This document shows, one piece after another, positions 11,701 to 24,500 of a stretch of 64,000 nt of DNA. The notes beneath the pieces were generated by a model. The model was not told the origin of the DNA, searched no databases, and saw only the letters and a list, made by a program, of their open reading frames with translations. Position numbers and translations under genes: made by a program. Every line of letters begins with the position of its first letter. The first letter of the stretch is position 1. Source of the stretch: Eledone cirrhosa (Eukaryota). The stretch spans positions 10,664,001 through 10,728,000 of the forward strand of contig OZ024757.1 in assembly GCA_964016885.1 (NCBI GenBank), in the 5' to 3' direction.

Positions 11701-14700
11701 TGGTGGTAGTGTTGATGGTGGTGGCGGTGGTGGTGGTAGTCTTGATGGTGGTGGCGGTGGTGGTAGAGTTGATGGTGATGGCGGTGGTGGTAGTGTTGAT
11801 GGTGGTGGTGGTGGTGGTAGTGTTGATGGTGGTGGCGGTGGTGGTAGTGTTGAGTGTGGTGGAGGTGTTGGTGGTAGTGTTGATGGTGGTGGCGGTGGTG
11901 GTGGTAGTGTTGATGGTGATGGCGGTGGTGTTAGTGTTGATGGTGGTGGCGGTGGTGGTAGTGTTGATGGTGGTGGCGGTGGTGGTACTGTTGATGGTGG
12001 CGGTGGCGGTGGTGGTAGTGTTGATGGTGGTGGCGGTGGTGGTGGTAGTGTTGATGGTGGTGGCGGTGGTGGTAGAGTTGATGGTGATGGCGGTGGTGGT
12101 AGTGTTGATGGTGGTGGCGGTGGTAGTAGTGTTGATGGTGGTGGCGGTGGTGGTAGTGTTGAGTGTGGTGGAGGTGTTGGTGGTAGTGTTGATGGTGGTG
12201 GCGGTGGTGGTGGTAGTGTTGATGGTGGTGGCGGTGGTGGTAGTGTTGATGGTGCTGGAGGTGTTGGTGGTAGTGTTGATGGTGGTGGCGGTGGTGGTGG
12301 TAGTGTTGATGGTGGTGGCGGTGGTGGTATTGTTGAGTGTGGTGGAGGTGTTGGTGGTAGTGTTGATGGTGGTGGCGGTGGTGGTAGTGTTGATGGTGGT
12401 GGCGGTGGTGGTAGTGTTGATGGTGGTGGTAGTGTTGATGGTGGTGGCGGTGGTGGTAGTGTTGATGGTGGTGGCGGTGGTGCTGGTAGTGTTGATGGTG
12501 GTGACTGTGGTGGTGGTAGTGTTGATGGTGGTGGCGGTGGTGGTAGTGTTCATGGTGGTGGCGGTGGTGGTAGTGTTGATGGTGGTGGTGCTAGTGTTGA
12601 TGGTGGTGGCGGTGGTGGTAGTGTTGATGGCGGTAGCGGTGGTGGTAGTGTTGATGGTGATGGTGGTGGTGGTAGTGTTGATGGTGGTGGCGGTGGTGGT
12701 AGTGTTGATGGTGATGGCGGTGGTAGTAGTGTTGATGGTGGAGGTGGTGGTGGTAGTGTTGATGGTGGTGGTGGTGGTGGTGGTAGTGTTGATGGTGGTG
12801 GCGGTGGTGGTAGAGTTGATGGTGATGGCGGTGGTGGTAGTGTTGAGTGTGGTGGAGGTGTTGGTGGTAGTGTTGATGGTGGTGGCGGTAGTGGTAGTGT
12901 TGAGTGTGGTGGAGGTGTTGGTGGTAGTGTTGATGGTGGTGGCGGTGGTGGTGGTAGTGTTGATGGTGGTGGCGGTGGTGGTAGTGTTGATGGTGGTGGC
13001 GGTGGTGGTAGTGTTGATGGTGGTGGCGGTGGTGGTAGTGTTGATGGTGGTGGTGGCGGTGGTGGTAGTGTTGATGGTGGTGGCGGTGGTGGTGGTAGTG
13101 TTGATGGTGGTGGCGGTGGTGGTAGAGATGATGGTGGTGGCGGTGGTGATGGTAGTTTTGATGGTGGTGGCGGTGGTGGTGGTAGTGTTGTTGGTGGTGG
13201 CGGTGGTGGTAGTGTTGATGGTGGTGGCGGTGGTGGTAGTGTTGATGGTGGTGGCGGTGGTGGTGGTAGTGTTGATGGTGGTGGCGGTGGTGGTAGAGTT
13301 GATGGTGATGGTGGTGGTGGTAGTGTTGATGGTGGTGGCGGTGGTGGTAGTGTTGATGGTGGTGGAGGTGGTGGTAGTGTTGATCGTGGTGGTGGTGGTG
13401 GCAGTGTTGATGGTGGTGGCGGTGGTGATGGTAGTGTTGATGGTGGTGGCGGTGGTGGTGGTAGTGTTGTTGGTGGTGGCGGTGGTGGTAGTATTGATGA
13501 TGGTGGCGGTGGTGGTAGTGTTGATGGCGGTGGTGCTGGTAGTGTTGATGGTGGTGACTGTGGTGGTGGTAGTGTTGATGGTGGTGGCGGTGGTGGTGGT
13601 AGTGTTGATGTTGATGGCGGTGGTGGTAGTGTTGATGGTGGTGGCGGAGGTGGTAGTGTTGATGGTGGTGGTGGTGGTGGTAGTGTTGATGGTGGTGGTG
13701 GTGGTGGTACTGTTGATGGTGGTGGAGGTGGTGGTGGTAGTGTTGATGGTGGTGGCGGTGGTGGTGGTAGTGTTGATGGTGGTGGTTGTAGTGTTGATGG
13801 TGGTGGCGGTGGTGGTAGTGTTGATGGTGGTGGTGGTGGTGGTACTGTTGATGGTGGTGGAGGTGGTGGTGGTAGTGTTGATGGTGGTGGCGGTGGTGGT
13901 GGTAGTGTTGATGGTGGTGGCGGTGGTGGTAGTGTTGATGGTGGTGGCGGTGGTGGTAGTGTTGATGGTGGTGGCGGTGGTGGTAGTGTTGATGGTGGCG
14001 GTGGCGGTGGTGGTAGTGTTGATGGTGGTGGCGGTGGTGGTGGTAGTGTTGATGGTGGTGGCCGTGGTGGTAGAGTTGATGGTGATGGCGGTGGTGGTAG
14101 TGTTGATTGTGGTGGCGGTGGTGGTAGTGTTGATGGTGGTGGCGGTGGTGGTAGTGTTGATGGTGGTGGCGGTGGTGGTAGTGTTGATGGTGGTGGTGGC
14201 GGTGGTGGTAGTGTTGATGGTGGTTGCGGTGGTCGTGGTAGTGTTGATGGTGGTGGCGGTGGCGGTGGTGGTAGAGTTGATGGTGATGGCGGTGGTGGTA
14301 GTGTTGATGGTGGTGGCGGTGGAGGTAGTGTTGATGGTGGTGGCGGTGGTGGTAGTGTTGAGTATGGTGGAGGTGTTGGTGGTAGTGTTGATGGTGGTGG
14401 CGGTGGTGGTGGTAGGTGGTGGTAGAGTTGATGGTGATGGTGGTGGTGGTAGTGTTGATGGTGGTGGCGGTGGTGGAAGTGTTGATGGTGGTGGCGGTGG
14501 TGGTAGTGTTGAGTGTGGTGGAGGTGTTGGTGGTAGTGTTGATGGTGGTGGCAGTGGTGGTGGTAGTGTTGATGGTGGTGGCGGTGGTGGTAGTGTTGAT
14601 GGTGGTGGTGGTGGTGGTACTGTTGATGGTGGTGGAGGTGGTGGTGGTAGTGTTGATGGTGGTGGCGGTGGTGGTGGTAGTGTTGATGGTGGTGGTGGTA

Positions 14701-17700
14701 GTGTTGATGGTGGTGGCGGTGGTGGTAGTGTTGATGGCGGTGGCGGTGGTGGTAGTATTGATGGTGATGGCGGTGGTGGTAGTGTTGATGGTGGAGGTGG
14801 TGGTAGTAGTGTTGATGGTGGTGGCGGTGGTGGTGGTAGTGTTGATGGTGGTGGCGGTGGTGGTAGAGTTGATGGTGATGGCGGTGATGGTAGTGTTGAT
14901 GGTGGTGGCGGTGGTGGTAGTGTTGATCGTGGTGGCGGTGGTGGTAGTGTTGAGTGTGGTGGAGGTGTTGGTGGTAGTGTTGATGGTGGTGGCGGTGGTG
15001 GTGGTAGTGTTGATGGTGGTGGCGGTGGTGGTAGTGTTGATGGTGGTGGCGGTGGTGGTAGTGTTGATGGTGGTGGCGGTGGTGGTAGTGTTGATGGTGG
15101 TGGCGGTGGTGGTGGTAGTGTTGATGGTGGTGGCGGTGGTGGTAGAGTTGATGGTGATGGCGGTGGTGGTAGTGTTGATTGTGGTGGCGGTGGTGGTAGT
15201 GTTGATGGTGGTGGCGGTGGTCGTAGTGTTGAGTATGGTGGAGGTGTTGGTGGTAGTGTTGATGGTGGTGGCGGTGGTGGTGGTAGTGTTGATGGTGGTG
15301 GCGGTGCTGGTAGAGTTGATGGTGATGGTGGTGGTGGTAGTGTTGATGGTGGTGGCGGTGGTGGTAGTGTTGATGGTGGTGGCGGTGGTGGTAGTGTTGA
15401 TGGTGCTGGAGGTGTTGGTGGTAGTGTTGATGGTGGTGGCGGTGGTGGTGGTAGTGTTGATGGTGGTGGCGGTAGTGGTGGTAGTGTTGATGTTGATGGC
15501 GGTGGTGGTAGTGTTGATGGTGGTGGCGGAGGTGGTAGTGTTGATGGTGGTGGTGGTGGTGGTACTGTTGATGGTGGTGGAGGTGGTGGTGGTAGTGTTG
15601 ATGGTGGTGGCGGTGGTGGTGGTAGTGTTGATGGTGGTGGTGGTAGTGTTGATGGTGGTGGCGGTGGTGGTAGAGTTGATGGTGATGGCGGTGGTGGTAG
15701 TGTTGATGGTGGTGGTGGTGGTGGTAGTGTTGATGGTGGTGGCGGTGGTGGTAGTGTTGAGTGTGGTGGAGGTGTTGGTGGTAGTGTTGATGGTGGTGGC
15801 GGTGGTGGTGGTAGTGTTGATGGTGATGGCGGTGGTGTTAGTGTTGATGGTGGTGGCGGTGGTGGTAGTGTTGATGGTGGTGGCGGTGGTGGTACTGTTG
15901 ATGGTGGCGGTGGCGGTGGTGGTAGTGTTGATGGTGGTGGCGGTGGTGGTGGTAGTGTTGATGGTGGTGGCGGTGGTGGTAGAGTTGATGGTGATGGCGG
16001 TGGTGGTAGTGTTGATGGTGGTGGCGGTGGTAGTAGTGTTGATGGTGGTGGCGGTGGTGGTAGTGTTGAGTGTGGTGGAGGTGTTGGTGGTAGTGTTGAT
16101 GGTGGTGGCGGTGGTGGTGGTAGTGTTGATGGTGGTGGCGGTGGTGGTAGTGTTGATGGTGCTGGAGGTGTTGGTGGTAGTGTTGATGGTGGTGGCGGTG
16201 GTGGTGGTAGTGTTGATGGTGGTGGCGGTGGTGGTATTGTTGAGTGTGGTGGAGGTGTTGGTGGTAGTGTTGATGGTGGTGGCGGTGGTGGTAGTGTTGA
16301 TGGTGGTGGCGCTGGTGGTAGTGTTGATGGTGGTGGTAGTGTTGATGGTGGTGGCGGTGGTGGTAGTGTTGATGGTGGTGGCGGTGGTGCTGGTAGTGTT
16401 GATGGTGGTGACTGTGGTGGTGGTAGTGTTGATGGTGGTGGTGCTAGTGTTGATGGTGGTGGCGGTGGTGGTAGTGTTGATGGCGGTAGCGGTGGTGGTA
16501 GTGTTGATGGTGATGGTGGTGGTGGTAGTGTTGATGGTGGTGGCGGTGGTGGTAGTGTTGATGGTGATGGCGGTGGTAGTAGTGTTGATGGTGGAGGTGG
16601 TGGTGGTAGTGTTGATGGTGGTGGTGGTGGTGGTGGTAGTGTTGATGGTGGTGGCGGTGGTGGTAGAGTTGATGGTGATGGCGGTGGTGGTAGTGTTGAG
16701 TGTGGTGGAGGTGTTGGTGGTAGTGTTGATGGTGGTGGCGGTAGTGGTAGTGTTGAGTGTGGTGGAGGTGTTGGTGGTAGTGTTGATGGTGGTGGCGGTG
16801 GTGGTGGTAGTGTTGATGGTGGTGGCGGTGGTGGTAGTGTTGATGGTGGTGGCGGTGGTGGTAGTGTTGATGGTGGTGGCGGTGGTGGTAGTGTTGATGG
16901 TGGTGGTGGCGGTGGTGGTAGTGTTGATGGTGGTGGCGGTGGTGGTGGTAGTGTTGATGGTGGTGGCGGTGGTGGTAGAGATGATGGTGGTGGCGGTGGT
17001 GATGGTAGTTTTGATGGCGGTGGCGGTGGTGGTGGTAGTGTTGTTGGTGGTGGCGGTGGTGGTAGTGTTGATGGTGGTGGCGGTGGTGGTAGTGTTGATG
17101 GTGGTGGCGGTGGTGGTGGTAGTGTTGATGGTGGTGGCGGTGGTGGTAGAGTTGATGGTGATGGTGGTGGTGGTAGTGTTGATGGTGGTGGCGGTGGTGG
17201 TAGTGTTGATGGTGGTGGAGGTGGTGGTAGTGTTGATCGTGGTGGTGGTGGTGGCAGTGTTGATGGTGGTGGCGGTGGTGATGGTAGTGTTGATGGTGGT
17301 GGCGGTGGTGGTGGTAGTGTTGTTGGTGGTGGCGGTGGTGGTAGTATTGATGATGGTGGCGGTGGTGGTAGTGTTGATGGCGGTGGTGCTGGTAGTGTTG
17401 ATGGTGGTGACTGTGGTGGTGGTAGTGTTGATGGTGGTGGCGGTGGTGGTGGTAGTGTTGATGTTGATGGCGGTGGTGGTAGTGTTGATGGTGGTGGCGG
17501 AGGTGGTAGTGTTGATGGTGGTGGTGGTGGTGGTAGTGTTGATGGTGGTGGTGGTGGTGGTACTGTTGATGGTGGTGGTAGTGTTGATGGTGGTGGCGGT
17601 GGTGGTGGTAGTGTTGATGGTGGTGGTTGTAGTGTTGATGGTGGTGGCGGTGGTGGTAGTGTTGATGGTGGTGGTGGTGGTGGTACTGTTGATGGTGGTG

Positions 17701-19065
17701 GAGGTGGTGGTGGTAGTGTTGATGGTGGTGGCGGTGGTGGTGGTAGTGTTGATGGTGGTGGCGGTGGTGGTAGTGTTGATGGTGGTGGCGGTGGTGGTAG
17801 TGTTGATGGTGGTGGCGGTGGTGGTAGTGTTGATGGTGGCGGTGGCGGTGGTGGTAGTGTTGATGGTGGTGGCGGTGGTGGTGGTAGTGTTGATGGTGGT
17901 GGCCGTGGTGGTAGAGTTGATGGTGATGGCGGTGGTGGTAGTGTTGATTGTGGTGGCGGTGGTGGTAGTGTTGATGGTGGTGGCGGTGGTGGTAGTGTTG
18001 ATGGTGGTGGCGGTGGTGGTAGTGTTGATGGTGGTGGTGGCGGTGGTGGTAGTGTTGATGGTGGTTGCGGTGGTGGTGGTAGTGTTGATGGTGGTGGCGG
18101 TGGCGGTGGTGGTAGAGTTGATGGTGATGGCGGTGGTGGTAGTGTTGATGGTGGTGGCGGTGGAGGTAGTGTTGATGGTGGTGGCGGTGGTGGTAGTGTT
18201 GAGTATGGTGGAGGTGTTGGTGGTAGTGTTGATGGTGGTGGCGGTGGTGGTGGTAGGTGGTGGTAGAGTTGATGGTGATGGTGGTGGTGGTAGTGTTGAT
18301 GGTGGTGGCGGTGGTGGAAGTGTTGATGGTGGTGGCGGTGGTGGTAGTGTTGAGTGTGGTGGAGGTGTTGGTGGTAGTGTTGATGGTGGTGGCAGTGGTG
18401 GTGGTAGTGTTGATGGTGGTGGCGGTGGTGGTAGTGTTGATGGTGGTGGTGGTGGTGGTACTGTTGATGGTGGTGGAGGTGGTGGTGGTAGTGTTGATGG
18501 TGGTGGCGGTGGTGGTGGTAGTGTTGATGGTGGTGGTGGTAGTGTTGATGGTGGTGGCGGTGGTGGTAGTGTTGATGGCGGTGGCGGTGGTGGTAGTATT
18601 GATGGTGATGGCGGTGGTGGTAGTGTTGATGGTGGAGGTGGTGGTAGTAGTGTTGATGGTGGTGGCGGTGGTGGTGGTAGTGTTGATGGTGGTGGCGGTG
18701 GTGGTAGAGTTGATGGTGATGGCGGTGATGGTAGTGTTGATGGTGGTGGCGGTGGTGGTAGTGTTGATCGTGGTGGCGGTGGTGGTAGTGTTGAGTGTGG
18801 TGGAGGTGTTGGTGGTAGTGTTGATGGTGGTGGCGGTGGTGGTGGTAGTGTTGATGGTGGTGGCGGTGGTGGTAGTGTTGATGGTGGTGGCGGTGGTGGT
18901 AGTGTTGATGGTGGTGGCGGTGGTGGTAGTGTTGATGGTGGTGGCGGTGGTGGTGGTAGTGTTGATGGTGGTGGCGGTGGTGGTAGAGTTGATGGTGATG
19001 GCGGTGGTGGTAGTGTTGATTGTGGTGGCGGTGGTGGTAGTGTTGATGGTGGTGGCGGTGGTCGT
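7135..19065. repeat. Three tandem copies of a ~4 kb higher-order unit (4045, 4045, 3841 bp)
   Basis: Markers: GAGTAT 7141/11186/15231; AGAGATGAT 9079/13124/16977; frameshift GGTAGGTGG 10370/14415/18256; CGTAGT 11177/15222/19063. Copy 3 has in-phase deletions of 138, 54 and 12 bp. Confidence 0.92.
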
Positions 19066-21579
19066 AGTGTTGAGTGTGGTGGAGGTGTTGGTGGTAGTGT
19101 TGATGGTGGTGGCGGTGGTGGTGGTAGTGTTGATGGTGGTGGCGGTGGTGGTAGTGTTGAGTGTGGTGGAGGTGTTGGTGGTAGTGTTCATGGTGGTGGC
19201 GGTGGTGGTGGTAGTGTTTCTGGTGGTGGCGGTGGTGGTAGAGTTGATGGTGATGGTGGTGGTGGTAGTGTTGATGGTGGTGGCGGTGGTGGTAGTGTTG
19301 ATGGTGGTGGCGGTGGTGGTAGTGTTGATGGTGCTGGAGGTGTTGGTGGTAGTGTTGATGGTGGTGGCGGTGGTGGTGGTAGTGTTGATGGTGGTGACGG
19401 TGGTGGTAGTGTTGATGGTGGTGGCGGTGGTGTGGTGGTGGCAGTGTTGTTGGTGGTGGCGGTGGTGGTACTGTTGATGGTGGTGGAGGTGGTGGTGGTA
19501 GTGTTGATGGTGGTGGCGGTGGTGGTGGTAGTGTTGATGGTGGTGGCGGTGGTGGTAGAGTTGATGGTGATGGCGGTGGTGGTAGTGTTGATGGTGGAGG
19601 TGGTGGTGGTAGTGTTGATGGTGGTGGCGGTGGTGGTGGTAGTGTTGATGGTGGTGGCGGTAGTGGTAGTGTTGATGGTGGTGGCGGTGGTGGTAGTGTT
19701 GATGGTGGTGGCGGTGGTGGTAGTGTTGATGGTGGTGGTGGCGGTGGTGGTAGTGTTGATGGTGGTTGCGGTGGTGGTGGTAGTGTTGATGGTGGTGGCG
19801 GTGGTGGTAGAGTTGATGGTGATGGCGGTGGTGGTAGTGTTGATGGTGGTGGCGGTGGAGGTAGTGTTGATGGTGGTGGCGGTGGTGGTAGTGTTGAGTA
19901 TGGTGGAGGTGTTGGTGGTAGTGTTGATGGTGGTGGCGGTGGTGGTGGTAGTGTTGATGGTATTGGCGGTGGTGGTAGAGTTGATGGTGATGGTGGTGGT
20001 GGTAGTGTTGATGGTGGTGGCGGTGGTGGTAGTGTTGATGGTGGTGGCGGTGGTGGTAGTGTTGATGGTGGTGGCGGTGGTGGTAGTGTTGAGTATGGTG
20101 GAGGTGTTGGTGGTAGTGTTGATGGTGGTGGCGGTGGTGGTGGTAGTGTTGATGGTGGTGGCGGTGGTGGTAGTGTTGATGGTGGTGGCGGTGGTGGTAG
20201 TGTTGATGGTGGTGGCGGTGGTGGTAGTGTTGATGGTGGCGGTGGCGGTGGTGGTAGTGTTGATGGTGGTGGCGGTGGTGGTGGTAGTGTTGATGGTGGT
20301 GGCGGTGGTGGTAGAGTTGATGGTGATGGCGGTGTTGGTAGTGTTGATTGTGGTGGCGGTGGTGGTAGTGTTGATGGTGGTGGCGGTGGTGGTGGTAGTG
20401 TTGATGGTGGTGGCGGTGGTGGTAGGGTTGATGGTGATGGTGGTGGTGGTAGTGTTGATGGTGGTGGCGGTGGTGGTAGTGTTGATGGTGGTGGCGGTGG
20501 TTGTAGTGTTGATGGTGCTGGAGGTGTTGGTGGTAGTGTTGATGGTGGTGGCGGTGGTGGTGGTAGTGTTGATGGTGGTGGCGGTGGTGGTAGTGTTGAT
20601 GGTGGTGGCGGTGGTGGTAGTGTTGATGGTGGTGGCGGTGGTGGTAGTGTTGATGGTGGTGGCGGTGGTGGTAGTGTTGATGGTGGTGGTGGCGGTGGTG
20701 GTAGTGTTGATGGTGGTTGCGGTGGTGGTGGTAGTGTTGATGGTGGTGGCGGTGGCGGTGGTGGTAGAGTTGATGGTGATGGCGGTGGTGGTAGTGTTGA
20801 TGGTGGTGGCGGTGGAGGTAGTGTTGATGGTGGTGGCGGTGGTGGTAGTGTTGAGTATGGTGGAGGTGTTGGTGGTAGTGTTGATGGTGGTGGCGGTGGT
20901 GGTGGTAGTGTTGATGGTGGTGGCGGTGGTGGTAGAGTTGATGGTGATGGTGGTGGCGGTGGTGGTAGTGTTGATGGTGCTGGAGGTGTTGGTGGTAGTG
21001 TTGATGGTGGTGGCGATGGTGGTAGGGTTGATGGTGGTGGCGGTGGTGGTAGTGTTTATCGTGGCGGTGGTGGTGGCAGTGTTGATGGTGGTGGCGGTGG
21101 TGATGGTAGTGTTGATGGTGGTGGCGGTGGTGGTGATAGTGTTGATGGTGGTGGCGGTGGTGGCACTGTTGATGGTGGTGGCGGTGGTGGTAGTAATGAT
21201 GATGGTGGCGGTGGTGTTGGTAGTATTGATGGTGGTGGCGGTGGTGGTAGTGTTGATGGTGGTGGCGGTGGTGCTGGTAGTGTTGATGGTGGTGACTGTG
21301 GTGGTGGTAGTGTTGATGGTGGTGGTGGTAGTGTTGATGGTGGTGGCGGTGGTGGTAGTATTGATGATGGTGGCGGTGGTGGTGGTAGTATTGATGGTGG
21401 TGGCGGTGGTGGTAGTGTTGATGGTGGTGGCGGTGGTGCTGGTAGTGTTGATGGTGGTGACTGTGGTGGTGGTAGTGTTGATGGTGGTGGCGGTGGTGGT
21501 AGTGTTCATGGTGGTGGCGGTGGTGGTAGTATTGATAGTGGTGGTGCTAGTGTTGATGATGGTGGCGGTGGTGGTAGTG

Positions 21580-24500
21580 TTGATGGCGGTGGCGGTGGTG
21601 GTAGTGTTGATGGTGATGGCGGTGATGTTGGTGTTGATGGTGGTGGCGGTGGTGGTGGTAGTATTGATGGTGGTGGCGGTGGTGGTAGTGTTGATGGTGG
21701 TGGCGGTGGTGGTGGTAGTGTTGATGGTGGTGGCGGTGGTTGTGGTAGAGTTGATGGTGGTGGCGGTGGTGGTAGTGTTGATGGTGTTCGCCGTGGTGGT
21801 AGTGTTGATGGTGGTGGCGGTGGTGGTGGTAGTGTTGATGTTGATGGCGGTGGTGGTAGTGTTGATGGTGGTGGCGGAGGTGGTAGTGTTGATGGTGGTC
21901 GTGGTGGTGGTAGTGTTGATGGTGGTGGTGGTGGTGGTACTGTTGATGGTGGTGGAGGTGGTGGTGGTAGTGTTGATGGTGGTGGCGGTGGTGGTGGTAG
22001 TGTTGATGGTGGTGGTGGTAGTGTTGATGGTGGTGGCGGTGGTTGTAGTGTTGATGGCGGTGGCGGTGGTGGTAGTATTGATGGTGATGGCGGTGGTGGT
22101 AGTGTTGATGGTGGAGGTGGTGGTGGTAGTGTTGATGGTGGTGGCGGTGGTGGTGGTAGTGTTGATGGTGGTGGCGGTGGTGGTAGAGTTGATGGTGATG
22201 GCGGTGGTGGTAGTGTTGATGGTGGTGGCGGTGGTGGTAGTGTTGATCGTGGTGGCGGTGGTGGTAGTGTTGAGTGTGGTGGAGGTGTTAGTGTTAGTGT
22301 TGATGGTGGTGGCGGTGGTGGTGGTAGTGTTGATGGTGGTGGCGGTGGTGGTATTGTTGATGGTGGTGGCGGTGGTGGTAGTGTTGATGGTGGTGGCGGT
22401 GGTGGTAGTGTTGATGGTGGTGGCGGTGGTGGTGGTAGTGTTGATGGTGGTGGCGGTGGTGGTAGAGTTGATGGTGATGGCGGTGGTGGTAGTGTTGATT
22501 GTGGTGGCGGTGGTGGTAGTGTTGATGGTGGTGGCGGTGGTGGTAGTGTTGAGTGTGGTGGAGGTGTTGGTGGTAGTGTTGATGGTGGTGGCGATGGTGG
22601 TGGTAGTGTTGATGGTGGTGGCGGTGGTGGTAGAGTTGATGGTGATGGCGGTGGTGGTAGTGTTGATGGTGGAGGTGGTGGTGGTACTGTTGATGGTGGT
22701 GGAGGTGGTGGTGGTAGTGTTGATGGTGGTGGCGGTGGTGGTAGTGTTGAGTGTGGTGGAGGTGGTGGTGGTAGTGTTGATGGTGGTGGCGGTGGTGGTG
22801 GTAGTGTTGATGGTGGTGGCGGTGGTGGTAGTGTTGATGGTGGTGGCGGTGGTGGTAGTGTTGATGGTGGTGGCGGTGGTGGTAGTGTTGATGGTGGTGG
22901 TGGCGGTGGTGGTAGTGTTGATGGTGGTTGCGGTGGTGGTGGTAGTGTTGATGGTGGTGGCGGAGGTGGTAGAGTTGATGGTGATGGCGGTGGTGGTAGT
23001 GTTGATGGTGGTGGCGGTGGAGGTAGTGTTGATGGTGGTGGCGGTGGTGGTAGAGTTGAGTATGGTGGAGGTGTTGGTGGTAGTGTTGATCGTGGCGGTG
23101 GTGGTGGCAGTGTTGATGGTGGTGGCGGTGGTGATGGGAGTGTTGATGGTGGTGGCGGTGGTGGTGGTAGTGTTGATGGTGGTGGCGGTGGTGGTAGTGT
23201 TGATGGTGGTGGCGGTGGTGGTAGTATTGATGATGATGGCGGTGGTGGTGGAAGTATTGATGGTGGTGGCGGTGGTGGTAGTGTTGATGGTGGTGGCGGT
23301 GGTGCTGGTAGTGTTGATGGTGGTGACTGTGGTGGTGGTAGTGTTGATGGTGGTCGCGATGGTGGTAGTGTTGATGGTGGTGGCGGTGGTGGTAGTGTTG
23401 ATCGTGGTGGTGGTGGTGGCAGTGTTGATGGTGGTGGCGGTGGTGATGGTAGTGTTGATGGTGGTGGCGGTGGTGGTGGTAGTGTTGATGGTGGTGGCGG
23501 TGGTGGTAGTGTTGATGGTGGTGGCGGTGGTGGTAGTATTGATGATGGTGGCGGTGGTGGTGGTAGTATTGATCGTGGTGGTGGTGGTGGCAGTGTTGAT
23601 GGTGGTGGCGGTGGTGATGGTAGTGTTGATGGTGGTGGCGGTGGTGGTGGTAGTGTTGAGGGTGGTGGCGGTGGTGGTAGTGTTGATGGTGGTGGCGGTG
23701 GTGGTAGTATTGATGATGGTGGCGGTGGTGGTGGTATTTTTGATGGTGGTGGCGGTGGTGGTAGTGTTGATGGTGGTGGCGGTGGTGCTAGTAGTGTTGA
23801 GGGTGGTGACTGTGGTGGTGGTAGTGTTGATGGTGGTGGCGGTGGTGGTAGTGTTCATGGTGGTGGCGGTGGTGGTAGTGTTGATGGTGGTGGTGCTAGT
23901 GTTGATGATGGTGGCGGTGGTGGTAGTGTTGATGGCGGTGGCGGTGGTGGTAGTGTTGATGGTGATGGCGGTGGTGGTAGTGTTGATGGTGGAGGTGGTG
24001 GTGGTAGTGTTGATGGTGGTGGCGGTGGTGGTGGTAGTGTTGATGGTGGTGGCGCTGGTGGTAGTGTTGATGGTGGTGGCGGTGGTGGTAGTGTTGATGG
24101 TGGTGGCGGTGGTGGTAGTGTTGATGGTGGTGGTGGCGGTGGTGGTAGTGTTGATGGTGGTGGCGGTGGTGGTGGTAGTGTCGATGGTGGTGGCGGTGGT
24201 GGTAGAGTTGATGGTGATGGCGGTGGTTGTAGTGTTGATGGTGGTGGCGGTGGTGGTAGTGTTGATGGTGGTGGCGGTGGTAGTAGTGTTGAGTGTGGTG
24301 GAGGTGTTGGTGGTTGTGTTGATGGTGGTGGCGGTGGTGGTGGTAGTGTTGATGGTGGTGGCGGTGGTGGTAGAGTTGATGGTGATGGTGGTGGTGGTAG
24401 TGTTGATGGTGGTGGCGGTGGTGGTAGTGTTGATGGTGGTGGCAGTGGTGGTAGTGTTGATGGTGCTGGAGGTGTTGGTGGTAGTGTTGATGGTGGTGGT

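Noticed and set aside
10370-18256. Programmed frameshifting or splice sites at the GGTAGGT junctions to restore the frame
   Set aside because: No slippery heptamer or downstream structure is visible, there is no polypyrimidine tract or branch-point context, and a simple duplicated deletion explains all three sites.
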